A stretch of 64,000 nt of DNA from Clostridiales bacterium (GTDB lineage: Bacteria; Bacillota; Clostridia; Christensenellales; UBA3700), in contig JAAVHS010000003.1 in NCBI GenBank assembly GCA_014799575.1, forward strand, positions 35,483 through 99,482, read 5' to 3'. The notes beneath the pieces were generated by a model, which saw nothing but the letters and a program-made list of their open reading frames with translations, did not search any database and had not been told where the DNA came from. This document shows, piece by piece, positions 36,078-46,213 of this stretch. How positions within the stretch are numbered: the stretch's first letter is position 1; every line of letters starts with the position of its first letter. Made by a program: the position numbers and the translations under genes.

Positions 36078-38603
36078 ATGGAAATCTTACTCAACGGCAA
36101 ATGGAATTTCAAAATGATAGGCGCGGACAAGGTCTACGAGGGCAAAGTCCCCGGCGACGTAATGACAGACTTGCTTGCAAACGGCGCAATCCCCAATCCG
36201 TTGATAGGTCTAAACGAGAAAACCGTTCAATGGATAGGTCATGCGGACTGGGAATACTTCAAGACTTTCAACGTTGATAAATCTATACTTGAATACGATT
36301 ACGTGGAACTTGATTGCGAAATGCTCGACACTCTCGCCGACGTCTACGTCAACGAAACCAAAGTGGCAAGCGTGAAGAATATAAATCGTCACTACGCTTT
36401 CGACGTCAAATCGCTTCTCAAAGAAGGCGAAAACGCCATACGAATTTATTTCCATTCTCCTCTGCCGTACATAGCCGAAAAGCAAAAGAAAAATTCGCTC
36501 CCCAACAGCACTATGGGAGAAGCGGGGTCTTGCCATATAAGAAAAAGTCCTTACCACTTCGGTTGGGATTGGGGTCCGCATACGCTCACTTGCGGTATAT
36601 CGGGAAATTGCTCTATCAAGGCTTACGACGTATGCAAAATCACCCGTGTGGATATTCGTCAGACGCATAGCAGCAATAAAGTTACGCTTGATATAAACGC
36701 TCATTTTTCTTCATCTGATGAGATTTTGAATACGGTTTATACCCTATCGCTCGACGGCGAAGAAGTATGCAAATCGCAAGGAAGCGCAACCGCTACTTTG
36801 ACCGTCGACAATCCAAAACTTTGGTATTGCAACAATATGGGCGAACAGCCGTTGTACGACTTGAAAATAGAGGTCTATTCCGATAAAAAACTAATCTGTG
36901 AAAAAGCGCAAAAGATAGGACTAAGAGAGATAATACTCGACAATAGAGACGACGAGATAGGCAAAAACTTCTGCTTCTATATAAACGGCAAGCGTATTTT
37001 TGCGCGCGGAGCGAACTGGATTCCCGCGGATAGTTTTATCAACGCGGTATCTGACGAAAGACTTTACGACTTGCTCTACAAAGCCAAAGCGTGCAATATG
37101 AATATGATAAGAGTATGGGGCGGAGGCTACTACGAAAGCGACAGATTCTACGACATTTGCGACAGACTGGGAATTTTGGTGTGGCAGGACTGCAATTTCG
37201 CTTGTTCTCCCTACCCGTTCAACGACAAGGAATTCGTTGAGGAATGTCTAGCCGAAGTCACCGACAACGTGCTCAGACTCAAAAATCACGCTTGCCTATG
37301 TCTTTGGGCGGGTAACAATGAGATTGAATCTATGTCTATGGCGTGGCTTATTCGCCGAGACGTAATCAATTTTTGCGGTAAATTCTTCTATGAAACTTTG
37401 AGAAATCACGTGACCTCGCTTGACGAAAACACGGCTTATTGGGCTTGTACTCCGTCAAGCGGCACGTATATGAAAAAAATCAACTCGCCCGATTTCGGCG
37501 ATACGCATTTGTGGCACGTGTGGCACGGACTTAGAAAACTGGAACATTACCGCAAGATGAACACGCGTTTTTGCAGTGAGTTCGGAATAGAATCCCTGCC
37601 AACTCTCAACGCGATTGAGAAGTTTGCCGACGGACACGTATACGACAGCGTAAACGCTCCCCTTGCCAAAGCGCATCAAAAATGTATTGGCGGAAATACG
37701 AAAATTAAATACTACATGCTCTCAAAGTTCTGGACGCCGAAGAACTTTGAAGATACCGTCTATCTTTCCCAACTTACGCAAGCGATTTGTATGAAAAACG
37801 CGACCGAAGGTTGGCGAGTAAAGAAAGACAGGTGCAACGGAGCGCTCTATTGGCAATACAACGATTGCTGGGGCGTAAACTCTTGGTCGGGTATGGACTA
37901 TTACGGCAATTTAAAAGCCTTGCAGTATATCGCAAGACGCTTCAACCAAAACGCCATTCTTTCACTGCAACTCGAAGGCAAAAAAGCAGATATATTCTTC
38001 ATCAACGACAATATAGACGCTTTCAAGGCGGAAATAGTCTACGGCATAAAATCGTATGACGGCGAAACCGTCTATTGCGCAAATACTACCGTTTCGTTGG
38101 ACGGCGACGCTGCTCAAAAAATCGCGACATTAGACTTGAAAAAACTACTCAAAAAACATAGCATGAAAAACTGCTATATGTTCGCTACCGCGTACGATAC
38201 GCAAGGCGACGTAGTCTGCGAAGAGACTCTTCCCCTTACCGACGAAAACAAAGCCAACTTGCCAAAAGCAAAACTAAACCTTTCCGTCGAGCAAATCGGA
38301 AATAACGCAATGCTTACAATAACGACGGATAGTTACGCGCGATTTGTGGAATTGCGATTGAAGGGCTACCCGACTATGCTCTCGGACAACTATTTCGATA
38401 TGATGCCAAATCAAGTGAAGACTGTCACTTTTGAAATACCGCAAGGCGAAGATATTGATAGCGTCAAAAATCTTTTGAGTATTCGCTCGCTCGTAGACGT
38501 TCCGAGAAAATACAGTTCGGCGCGCGATAGACTTACGAAACTGTCGATTTTCCTCAAACCTATCAATATTGCCAACTATATAGCGAGAACTTTCGATAAA
38601 TAA
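36078..38603 (+). CDS. GH2 beta-mannosidase-like glycoside hydrolase
   Basis: I chose the ATG at 36078 (MEILLNGKWNF). It has N-terminal blocks GKVPGDVMTDLL..IPNP and HADWEY, then WAGNNE (acid/base) and CSEFGIES (nucleophile). Confidence 0.75.
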   Translation: MEILLNGKWNFKMIGADKVYEGKVPGDVMTDLLANGAIPNPLIGLNEKTVQWIGHADWEYFKTFNVDKSILEYDYVELDCEMLDTLADVYVNETKVASVKNINRHYAFDVKSLLKEGENAIRIYFHSPLPYIAEKQKKNSLPNSTMGEAGSCHIRKSPYHFGWDWGPHTLTCGISGNCSIKAYDVCKITRVDIRQTHSSNKVTLDINAHFSSSDEILNTVYTLSLDGEEVCKSQGSATATLTVDNPKLWYCNNMGEQPLYDLKIEVYSDKKLICEKAQKIGLREIILDNRDDEIGKNFCFYINGKRIFARGANWIPADSFINAVSDERLYDLLYKAKACNMNMIRVWGGGYYESDRFYDICDRLGILVWQDCNFACSPYPFNDKEFVEECLAEVTDNVLRLKNHACLCLWAGNNEIESMSMAWLIRRDVINFCGKFFYETLRNHVTSLDENTAYWACTPSSGTYMKKINSPDFGDTHLWHVWHGLRKLEHYRKMNTRFCSEFGIESLPTLNAIEKFADGHVYDSVNAPLAKAHQKCIGGNTKIKYYMLSKFWTPKNFEDTVYLSQLTQAICMKNATEGWRVKKDRCNGALYWQYNDCWGVNSWSGMDYYGNLKALQYIARRFNQNAILSLQLEGKKADIFFINDNIDAFKAEIVYGIKSYDGETVYCANTTVSLDGDAAQKIATLDLKKLLKKHSMKNCYMFATAYDTQGDVVCEETLPLTDENKANLPKAKLNLSVEQIGNNAMLTITTDSYARFVELRLKGYPTMLSDNYFDMMPNQVKTVTFEIPQGEDIDSVKNLLSIRSLVDVPRKYSSARDRLTKLSIFLKPINIANYIARTFDK

Positions 38604-38648
38604 AATCCAATAGGTATATTTCCGATAATAATTAGCAATAACTCAAAT

Positions 38649-40133
38649 ATGTTAAATTATCAGGAAGTATACGATAGAATCAAAAATGAATTTTGCAACA
38701 CCTGCGATTTGCGAGCAATAGAACTGCAAATCTCGGGTAAAAACGCTTGCTTTTTCTTTATCGACGGATATATTGACACTCTATTGTTTGAAAACAACTT
38801 GCTCAAACCTCTAAAAAGCGTGCAGAACGTCGAGCAAGTCAACGTTGACGTACTCAACGCCAACACGATGTTTACCACTTCAATAGAAGAAATACCCGAA
38901 GTAGAGAAAGCCATATCGGAGATAGCGAGCGGTGAAATAGTACTGCTCTGCGACGGAAGCGAATGCTTCTTCAAATACAGCGAGAAAAAGTATCAACTTC
39001 GCGCGGTAACCGAACCGCCCGTATCAACCGTCTTGCGCGGACCTAGAGAAGGCTTTGTCGAAGACCTCAAAACCAATATGTTTATGATACGCAGACGCGT
39101 GGCAAGTCCAAAACTTACCGTGGATATGCTGAGCGTGGGCAAGTATACGCAGACCAAAGTCGCTTTGTGCTTTATCGACGGAATTGCCGACGGCGAAATC
39201 GTCGGACGAATCAAAAGTAAAATTCAAGAGATAGACATAGACGGCGTGGTGGAATCATCCTACGTCGCAAGATATCTTGAAGAAAACAAATTCTCTTTAT
39301 TCTCTCAAGTCGGAGCAAGCGAAAAGCCTGACGCTATCGTGGGCAAAATGCTCGAAGGCAGAATTGCGATAATAGTAGACGGCTCGCCGTCGGTGCTTAC
39401 TCTTCCATTCGTACTATACGAAAACTTCCAAATGAGCGAGGACTATTATATCAAGAGTTACCGCGCGTCAATGCTGAGAATTATCAGACTTTTTGCGGTA
39501 ATCTTCTCTATTTTGATGCCCGGAATTTACGTCGCTTTGCAGGAGTTCCAATACCAACTCTTCCCAATTAAATTTCTAGTATCCATTCTCGGGTCAATAT
39601 CGAATATTCCGCTATCGCCGACGCTTGAAATGCTGTTGGTGTTGTGCATATTCGAAATTCTCAACGAAACGTCAATTCGAATGCCACGTTACGTCAGTAT
39701 GGCTCTGTCGGTAGTCGGCGCAATCATTCTCGGCGAAGTTGCGGTCACCGCAGGACTTTTCTCCATTTCGTCAATCATAATCGTAGCCGTATCCACCGTG
39801 GGCATTTACTGCGTACCAGACGAGATAAATTCGTCGAATATACTCCGACTCGGCTTTGTCGCAATAGGCGGCGTGCTGGGACTTGCGGGAATACTCTTCG
39901 GCGCAATGGCTCTAATAGGATATATGTGTTCTATCAACAGTTACGGCGTGTCGTATATGTCGCCTTTCGCTCCGACAGTGCTGCACGACTGGCAGGACGG
40001 TCCGCTCAAAGCGCAAATCGAGGAATTCGGCGAGCGTCCGTATTCCGTGCCGACCGCCAACCGTACACGTCAACGCAGTAATCTTGCCGACAACCTCAAG
40101 CAAGACAGTCAATCAAATGGAGAGGATAAGTAA
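38649..40133 (+). CDS. Spore germinant receptor A subunit (GerA family)
   Basis: 494 aa with the typical soluble N-terminal half (GPREGFVEDL.TN..MIRRR) and a C-terminal TM bundle. It is the first gene of an A-B-C operon. Confidence 0.85.
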   Translation: MLNYQEVYDRIKNEFCNTCDLRAIELQISGKNACFFFIDGYIDTLLFENNLLKPLKSVQNVEQVNVDVLNANTMFTTSIEEIPEVEKAISEIASGEIVLLCDGSECFFKYSEKKYQLRAVTEPPVSTVLRGPREGFVEDLKTNMFMIRRRVASPKLTVDMLSVGKYTQTKVALCFIDGIADGEIVGRIKSKIQEIDIDGVVESSYVARYLEENKFSLFSQVGASEKPDAIVGKMLEGRIAIIVDGSPSVLTLPFVLYENFQMSEDYYIKSYRASMLRIIRLFAVIFSILMPGIYVALQEFQYQLFPIKFLVSILGSISNIPLSPTLEMLLVLCIFEILNETSIRMPRYVSMALSVVGAIILGEVAVTAGLFSISSIIIVAVSTVGIYCVPDEINSSNILRLGFVAIGGVLGLAGILFGAMALIGYMCSINSYGVSYMSPFAPTVLHDWQDGPLKAQIEEFGERPYSVPTANRTRQRSNLADNLKQDSQSNGEDK

Positions 40134-41255
40134 ATGCAAAACAAACTCAACAACAAAATTTATACCGAGCAGTTTCTGCTTTTGGCGTTTATCTCTCTAA
40201 TCACGTTCAAAGTGGTAATGCTCCCGCAATATCTCGTCAAAACGGCAGGCAGTCAAAGTTATATGACTATGTTTTTTATGATAGCGATAGAGTTAATGAT
40301 GCTTTGCGTAGTCTACGGCATTACCAAAAACGGCTCTATACTTCAACTTGACATACCCAAATGGCTCAAAGGAATTTTTGCGATTTTGGTATTCTCTTCC
40401 TCGCTCATCAAAAGCACGGTGCTCGGTAGCGAAGGCGTGTCTTATATATCCACTTCTTTGTACGCAAACGTAAGTTGGTCTTTCGTAATGCTTGCGCTTA
40501 TGATAGTATGTCTGTACTTAGCTCACAAAGGCGGAAAAGTGCTTGGACGCACGGTGCAAATATTCTTTTGGATATTGATTTTCGCGCTTGTATTCTACGC
40601 GGTGTTTTCAAATTCCAACTTCGATATAATCAACCTTATGCCATTTAAAATCTCATCCGACCTTGCTGTCGCAGGCGATAAGTATTTGATGTGGTTCGGC
40701 GACTTTACGCCATTGCTCTTTATGTCGGTACAGCCCTCGTCAAACCGCAAGAAAAGTACTCTCGCAATATGGATTGCGATTGCCGTAATTGCCGCGCTGA
40801 TTTGCACTGTGGGACTTATGATAGAATTCATCTGCATATTCGGCGCAAGCGGAGAGATTGTCGGCAACGCCTTCCTAAACGTATCATCGCTCAACAAAAT
40901 ATCGTTTATGATAGGCTCGGTCGACTTGCCTACGGTAATAAGTTGGCTGATAATGTGCGTGATAAAATTCTCATTGCTACTCTTCGCGATGGCGGAATGC
41001 GCAAAGTTCTTTTTCGGCAACAAAGCAATCGTATCTCTTGCGTGCGGAATCATAGTGTACGCTATCGTGGTATACGGCATAGGAAATCTAAAAGCGTGCT
41101 ACAACTTAGCGACGGGTTGGCTTAGATACTTTGTACTCGCTGCAGAATTCGGCGTGACAATAGTCGCGTATATCGCAATGCGCGTATCTCAAAAACGAAA
41201 TCAGTCTATTTCGCAAAGCGCAAACAATCAAGGAGAAGTATATGAAAAAGCCTAA
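40134..41255 (+). CDS. Spore germinant receptor B subunit (spore permease family)
   Basis: 373 aa, ~10 TM helices. It starts 1 nt after the A-subunit stop. Confidence 0.8.
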   Translation: MQNKLNNKIYTEQFLLLAFISLITFKVVMLPQYLVKTAGSQSYMTMFFMIAIELMMLCVVYGITKNGSILQLDIPKWLKGIFAILVFSSSLIKSTVLGSEGVSYISTSLYANVSWSFVMLALMIVCLYLAHKGGKVLGRTVQIFFWILIFALVFYAVFSNSNFDIINLMPFKISSDLAVAGDKYLMWFGDFTPLLFMSVQPSSNRKKSTLAIWIAIAVIAALICTVGLMIEFICIFGASGEIVGNAFLNVSSLNKISFMIGSVDLPTVISWLIMCVIKFSLLLFAMAECAKFFFGNKAIVSLACGIIVYAIVVYGIGNLKACYNLATGWLRYFVLAAEFGVTIVAYIAMRVSQKRNQSISQSANNQGEVYEKA

Positions 41256-42303
41256 GTTTATAAACAAAAAATGGTTGGTAATTCTCGTAATTGCATTGGT
41301 GTTGGTTACGTTCTCTTTCCTTGACGAACAGAAAAGTATCGCGGCGCGTACTATCGTGCTTGCGCTCTCGCTCGATATCGTCGACGACGAGTACGAAGTG
41401 GGGATTCAAGTGCTCAAACTCGACAAGAGCGAAAAACAGGAATTTCTCACATACTTTGCAAAAGGCGACAAACTCAGCGATATTATCGAGCATTTGTCAT
41501 ACGACACGGGAAGCACGGTTGCGCTATGTCACGCGACGGTGCTGATAATCGGACAGGACGTGCTCAATAAAGACGACAACAAAGCAATGAGTTACTTTTT
41601 CGAAGGCGAAGTGCTTTGCAACAACACTATGGTCGTGACTTCCGTACAGTCTCCGCGCGAGGTGCTCTCGCCCACTTTATCCAACGGCGTGGGAAGCGGT
41701 TACTATCTCGGTCAAGTCTTGCACAACATGGTCGGCGATTTCGGAATAATTCCTATCACCGTAAAGGACTATTTCAAGAATAAATATCATATCGGCTCTT
41801 GCGTATATCTGCCCTGCGTATCTTTGGAAAAAGAGGGGGAAACAACTTTCCTAGATATCACGAAAAGTTACGTCAGCGACGGCACAAAAGGCGTGATTTT
41901 GTCAGAAAACGCGACCAAAGGACTTAGCCTGACGCTCAATAAAATAAGCAACGGAACTCTTCCCTATCATTACGAAGATTCGGTGGGAGAATTGGACATT
42001 GTCAAGTCAAAAGGCGATATAAAAATAGAGAAAGACAGCAATACCGCAAAACTGCAAATAAAAGCCACGCTCAAAGACAACACGTACGTCCCCGAGAAAA
42101 TCAACGAGGAACTTTGCATGGAATACGTAAGCAATGAAATCAAGTCGTATATCGAGGAATGTTTCTACCAATGCAAGGACGCGGGACTGGACGTATTCTA
42201 TATCGGACAACGCGCATACGCTTACGGAAACGAAATTTACAAAGACCCGTCTTACCTCGACAAAATTGAATTGGAAATAGAAGTAAAAGCAAAAATGAAG
42301 TAG
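41242..42303 (+). CDS. Spore germinant receptor C subunit (Ger(x)C family)
   Basis: 353 aa, overlapping the B gene by 14 nt. It has an N-terminal hydrophobic anchor but no lipobox Cys. Confidence 0.7.
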   Translation: MKKPKFINKKWLVILVIALVLVTFSFLDEQKSIAARTIVLALSLDIVDDEYEVGIQVLKLDKSEKQEFLTYFAKGDKLSDIIEHLSYDTGSTVALCHATVLIIGQDVLNKDDNKAMSYFFEGEVLCNNTMVVTSVQSPREVLSPTLSNGVGSGYYLGQVLHNMVGDFGIIPITVKDYFKNKYHIGSCVYLPCVSLEKEGETTFLDITKSYVSDGTKGVILSENATKGLSLTLNKISNGTLPYHYEDSVGELDIVKSKGDIKIEKDSNTAKLQIKATLKDNTYVPEKINEELCMEYVSNEIKSYIEECFYQCKDAGLDVFYIGQRAYAYGNEIYKDPSYLDKIELEIEVKAKMK

Positions 42304-42327
42304 TCGCTCAGACTACTTCGTTTTTTT
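42297..42327 (+). terminator. Terminator of the ger operon
   Basis: GAAGTAGTC-GCTCA-GACTACTTC followed by GTTTTTTT. It overlaps the last codons of the convergent esterase gene. Confidence 0.65.
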
Positions 42328-43249
42328 CTTCCTTATCTCTTACCATGCTCATGAGATATTTTTTCTCTAGCGCGTACATCTTCCTTGACTCTTTCGTCTT
42401 GTAGTATAAATGGAAGCAATGCACGCCCGGGAATTTGCCGTAATACTCTACGACCTCTTTGCCCAGTTCCTTCAATCTCTCAATCAGCGGTATATGGTGC
42501 TTGCCGACAAAGACGTCGTTCTTGCCATAAACAATAAAGACTTTTTGCGGAAAATTCTCGTCTACCCACGGCAACGTGTAAAGCAAATCTTTGAACTCAT
42601 ACTCGTCTATTTTATCGTACTCCACGCCCGTCATATCGTATATGATATCGCGAGCAAGATACGTCTTTTTCAAGCCGTCGAAATCATACGCTCCGCAATG
42701 CAACATCGCGCCTTTTATTTTGAAATTCACTGGCTCTGCGCCCAATCTTTCAAGGAAAGTCCTATTGTGCAAAGTAGCGCATAATTGACACGCTATCTGT
42801 CCGCCTGCCGAATCGCCCGTTACGAATACGTTGTCAAGGTCAAAAGAGCATTCTTCCGCATTGTTTTCCAGCCATTTCATAGCCTTGACGACGTGACGCA
42901 AAGCGTCTACGTATTTATACTTTGGACTAAGACCGTAATTCACGTTGATTACGCACATACCCATATCGGCAAACAACTTGCCCTGACCTACTCGCCACTT
43001 CTTATCGCCGGTAATCCAACCGCCGCCGTGTACGTTGACGAGCACGGGCAATTTTGCGTCTATGACGAGTTCGGGCTTGAAAATATCCAGTTTGCAAATT
43101 TCGCTATCCTGATCGCAGTAAATTACGTCTTTTATCTCAATTATTTTGTTGCTGCTCTTGTATTTATTTGTTACGCAACTCTTCGAGCTGTCGTCTAAGT
43201 CAAACGCCAATTTCGCAATCTTTGACATATTGAAAATCTTTTTTGCCAT
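42308..43249 (-). CDS. Alpha/beta hydrolase (HSL/esterase-lipase fold-3 family)
   Basis: 313 aa with the oxyanion motif HGGGW and the nucleophile elbow GDSAGG. Confidence 0.8.
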   Translation of the reverse strand: MAKKIFNMSKIAKLAFDLDDSSKSCVTNKYKSSNKIIEIKDVIYCDQDSEICKLDIFKPELVIDAKLPVLVNVHGGGWITGDKKWRVGQGKLFADMGMCVINVNYGLSPKYKYVDALRHVVKAMKWLENNAEECSFDLDNVFVTGDSAGGQIACQLCATLHNRTFLERLGAEPVNFKIKGAMLHCGAYDFDGLKKTYLARDIIYDMTGVEYDKIDEYEFKDLLYTLPWVDENFPQKVFIVYGKNDVFVGKHHIPLIERLKELGKEVVEYYGKFPGVHCFHLYYKTKESRKMYALEKKYLMSMVRDKEEKNEVV

Positions 43250-43259
43250 AATTCCCTCT

Positions 43260-44420
43260 CTATTGCTTCAACGCTTCTTTATCCACGACTTTTCCGCCTA
43301 GTAAAGTAGCGCAAATGCGACCTTTTTCGTCAAGTACGTTTATATCGCCTATCATACCTACCTTTACGTCGCCGATATCCTCGCGTCCCAAAAGTCTTGC
43401 GGGCGTCTTCGTGCACATATCCACGCACTCTTCAAGAGCGTAACCTTGCGCGACAAGCCTTTCGACCATTTTTCCGACGGACGTAATCGAACCTGCATAA
43501 GTATTGAGCTCTGGCAATATCGCTACCCCGTCGTCAATTCTTATCTTTTGTCTACTCTCTCCGCTACCGAGATAATAATCGCCTTGCGGCATACCCGCTA
43601 CGCTCAATGAATCGGATACAAGACAAATACCTTTGCTTCCTTTGAGTCTGTATATCATAGAAAACAACTTGTCTGGCACGTGTCTGCCGTCGGCAATTAC
43701 TTCTGCGACTACGCCCTCTTCTATCAATCCGACTTCGGTAAGCCCCAAATGCTTTTTTGGCGTATCCCTTCTCGACGGTCTTGACGTGCAGTTATAGATA
43801 TGCGTGACGCTGTTCGCCCCGCTTGCCAAACAAGCGTAAATCTCGTCGTCTATAGAATCGTCGTGTCCCAAAGAGACTTGAATTCCCTTTTTCGCCGCTT
43901 TCTTACAAAACTCGGCTGCTCCCGAAAGATTGGGCGCAAGCGTAATTCTCTTGACTATATCAATATTATCCCATACAAACGAATCGCAATCAATTGGCGC
44001 AATCAACAAATTAGGCGGATGCGCCCCCGCGCTCTTTCTTGCAAGATACGGACCTTCAAGGTGTACGCCCGCAATCCTAGAATAATTGCTATTATATTTT
44101 CGTATATTGTCTACCGCAAGATTGATATCCTCTACGCTCGCAGTCATCGTCGTGGGAACAAACGTCGTCGTACCTGTGAAAAGATGATACTTGCAAATTG
44201 CGTCGATAGACTCAACGCTCGCTTCCATACAGTCTTTGCCCCAACCGCCGTGAGTGTGAATATCTATAAATCCCGCAGTCGCTATTTTGCCTTGAGCGTC
44301 GAATACCTCGCCCTCGACTTGACTGCCGATTGCCTTAATAATTCCGTCCTTTATTGTGACGTTGCCTTGGACAAATTTTCCTTGCGAATAGATTTTTGCA
44401 TTGATTACGGTGCTTGTCAT
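43260..44420 (-). CDS. nagA: N-acetylglucosamine-6-phosphate deacetylase
   Basis: 386 aa with GFIDIHTHGG, HLEGPY, THIYN and an amidohydrolase layout. Confidence 0.85.
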   Translation of the reverse strand: MTSTVINAKIYSQGKFVQGNVTIKDGIIKAIGSQVEGEVFDAQGKIATAGFIDIHTHGGWGKDCMEASVESIDAICKYHLFTGTTTFVPTTMTASVEDINLAVDNIRKYNSNYSRIAGVHLEGPYLARKSAGAHPPNLLIAPIDCDSFVWDNIDIVKRITLAPNLSGAAEFCKKAAKKGIQVSLGHDDSIDDEIYACLASGANSVTHIYNCTSRPSRRDTPKKHLGLTEVGLIEEGVVAEVIADGRHVPDKLFSMIYRLKGSKGICLVSDSLSVAGMPQGDYYLGSGESRQKIRIDDGVAILPELNTYAGSITSVGKMVERLVAQGYALEECVDMCTKTPARLLGREDIGDVKVGMIGDINVLDEKGRICATLLGGKVVDKEALKQ

Positions 44421-44633
44421 TCTCCACCTAAATAAGCAATTTTAGTATAGTACAATTTAATTATATTACCCATTTTGGGTCGGTGTCAATCCTTGAATTT
44501 TGATATGTAGGAATTTTGTTCGTATTTTTTTGTATTTAATCATTATCTTTTCAAAAAATCTATTTCTCTCTTTACAAATAAGAAAATATATAATATAATT
44601 ATTTTGTAACAAAAATATAAAGGGAGAGAAATT

Positions 44634-46073
44634 ATGAACTCTATGAAAACAAAAAAAGGCAAAATTGCAGTAAGTTTCTTTGCGATAATGCTCATCGCTT
44701 GTATTCTTACCGTTTCCATGACGGGTTGTAGTTCCAGTGAAGTCGGCGTTACTCCTGTTGACGTATTCTTCGTAGGCACTATGCAAAAGAATCCAACCGA
44801 TACCTCCGACTTGATGAAAGAGGATACGGAACTCGTCAGCGTAAAGGAAATGCTCGATACGGAAAATTGGACTCTTGAAGAAGACAAATATGACGTCATC
44901 GCTGGTATTTATGCATTGGCTGTTACCAATTACAACAACGTAAACCGCGCGGCTTACATGGTAATGACCGACTCGTCGGTAAACGCTTTCCAATGCTCTA
45001 ATCTCGGCAATAAAGACGTAAACGTCGGAATTAGAAGTACCTACTCCAATTATCGCGGCGATAACGGCTATTTTGAGCAGACTGTTTCCGGCGTAACCAT
45101 CCTCGACGGTTTGGGCGGTTTCATCAATAGCCTTAAATCCAATTTCGGTTGGAACAGCCAAGTCTTCCAAAACGACGAATTCAGAATTGAAAAGAAAGGT
45201 TTCAACGCCGGCGCTCAATTCTACGGAGAAGGCAACAATGAAGGCAACGCTACCAAGTACATAATGGGAGCAGGTAATCCGAAACTTGACAAGGCAAAAG
45301 AGGGCTATAGAGGTGATTTGGTCTCGAATATTAAATCTAGCCCTGCAGAGGACTTTGAATCGGACAGAGAATATGCTTGGTCGCAACTCGAAGCTCATGA
45401 AGGCGATAAGTTGACTGTTGCCGACACCGTTTATTATACTGGTACCTACGGCACTGGTTGGGCAACAAGCAATTACAGCAACAAAGATTATTTTGACAAA
45501 GAAAAGACTTCTATTTCCTATGACTCCGATCTTGATTTGTATACGTTGAATATCACCATTATCGACGAGTTCGTCGACGAAGCGTGCGATTTTACTAAAG
45601 GCGGTCTTGTAAAAGACACGAAAGATTATATTGCGCTAAAAAATGCAGCATATATTGAATCTTCCGCAAAAATCGAAGTTTACGGAAGCGGTCTTATCAA
45701 GTCTATGCAAAAGATTGACACTCTTGAATCCAAGGAAAAATGTGACCTCACGGTTGCGGGCGGTATGCTCGGTTCTTGCAACGGCGGCGGTAAGGCGTCC
45801 AATAGAATTACAATGGCATTCGGTTATGAGAAAGAGGATTGCGACGTATTGAGGCTCGCTGCTCTCTACTGGCCTGAACTTGCTACGGACACTCCTTTCC
45901 AAAAAGCTAAGAATTTTGACGGCAAGGGTTCTCCGCTCAAAAACGTTAAACCACTTAACCTATCCAGCTACACATCTTTCAATGATTACAAGCCTCAAAT
46001 CAACGATTTGGTCGGTCAATTTAATACACTCTACTCTCTTGACTGGTCGACGTACAAGTTGGATAAAGACTAA
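44634..46073 (+). CDS. Lipoprotein of unknown function
   Basis: 479 aa. The signal peptide has the lipobox SMTGCSS, and a GGGAGAG RBS is present. I recognise no family. The antisense track ORF 44466..45398 is rejected. Confidence 0.65.
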   Translation: MNSMKTKKGKIAVSFFAIMLIACILTVSMTGCSSSEVGVTPVDVFFVGTMQKNPTDTSDLMKEDTELVSVKEMLDTENWTLEEDKYDVIAGIYALAVTNYNNVNRAAYMVMTDSSVNAFQCSNLGNKDVNVGIRSTYSNYRGDNGYFEQTVSGVTILDGLGGFINSLKSNFGWNSQVFQNDEFRIEKKGFNAGAQFYGEGNNEGNATKYIMGAGNPKLDKAKEGYRGDLVSNIKSSPAEDFESDREYAWSQLEAHEGDKLTVADTVYYTGTYGTGWATSNYSNKDYFDKEKTSISYDSDLDLYTLNITIIDEFVDEACDFTKGGLVKDTKDYIALKNAAYIESSAKIEVYGSGLIKSMQKIDTLESKEKCDLTVAGGMLGSCNGGGKASNRITMAFGYEKEDCDVLRLAALYWPELATDTPFQKAKNFDGKGSPLKNVKPLNLSSYTSFNDYKPQINDLVGQFNTLYSLDWSTYKLDKD

Positions 46074-46080
46074 TAATAAT

Positions 46081-46112
46081 TCTATACGCACGGGGCAACC
46101 CGTGCGTATAGA
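46081..46112 (+). terminator. Strong stem-loop after the lipoprotein gene (14-bp stem, GCAA loop, no U-tract)
   Basis: TCTATACGCACGGG-GCAA-CCCGTGCGTATAGA. Confidence 0.5.
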
Positions 46113-46213
46113 ACACATAATAAATTGAGATTTTTATATAACAAAGTAATCGATAAGCGTATTTTGTTGTATAAAAATCTTTATTTACAAATAAAAGCAA
46201 AATCGAGGAATGA

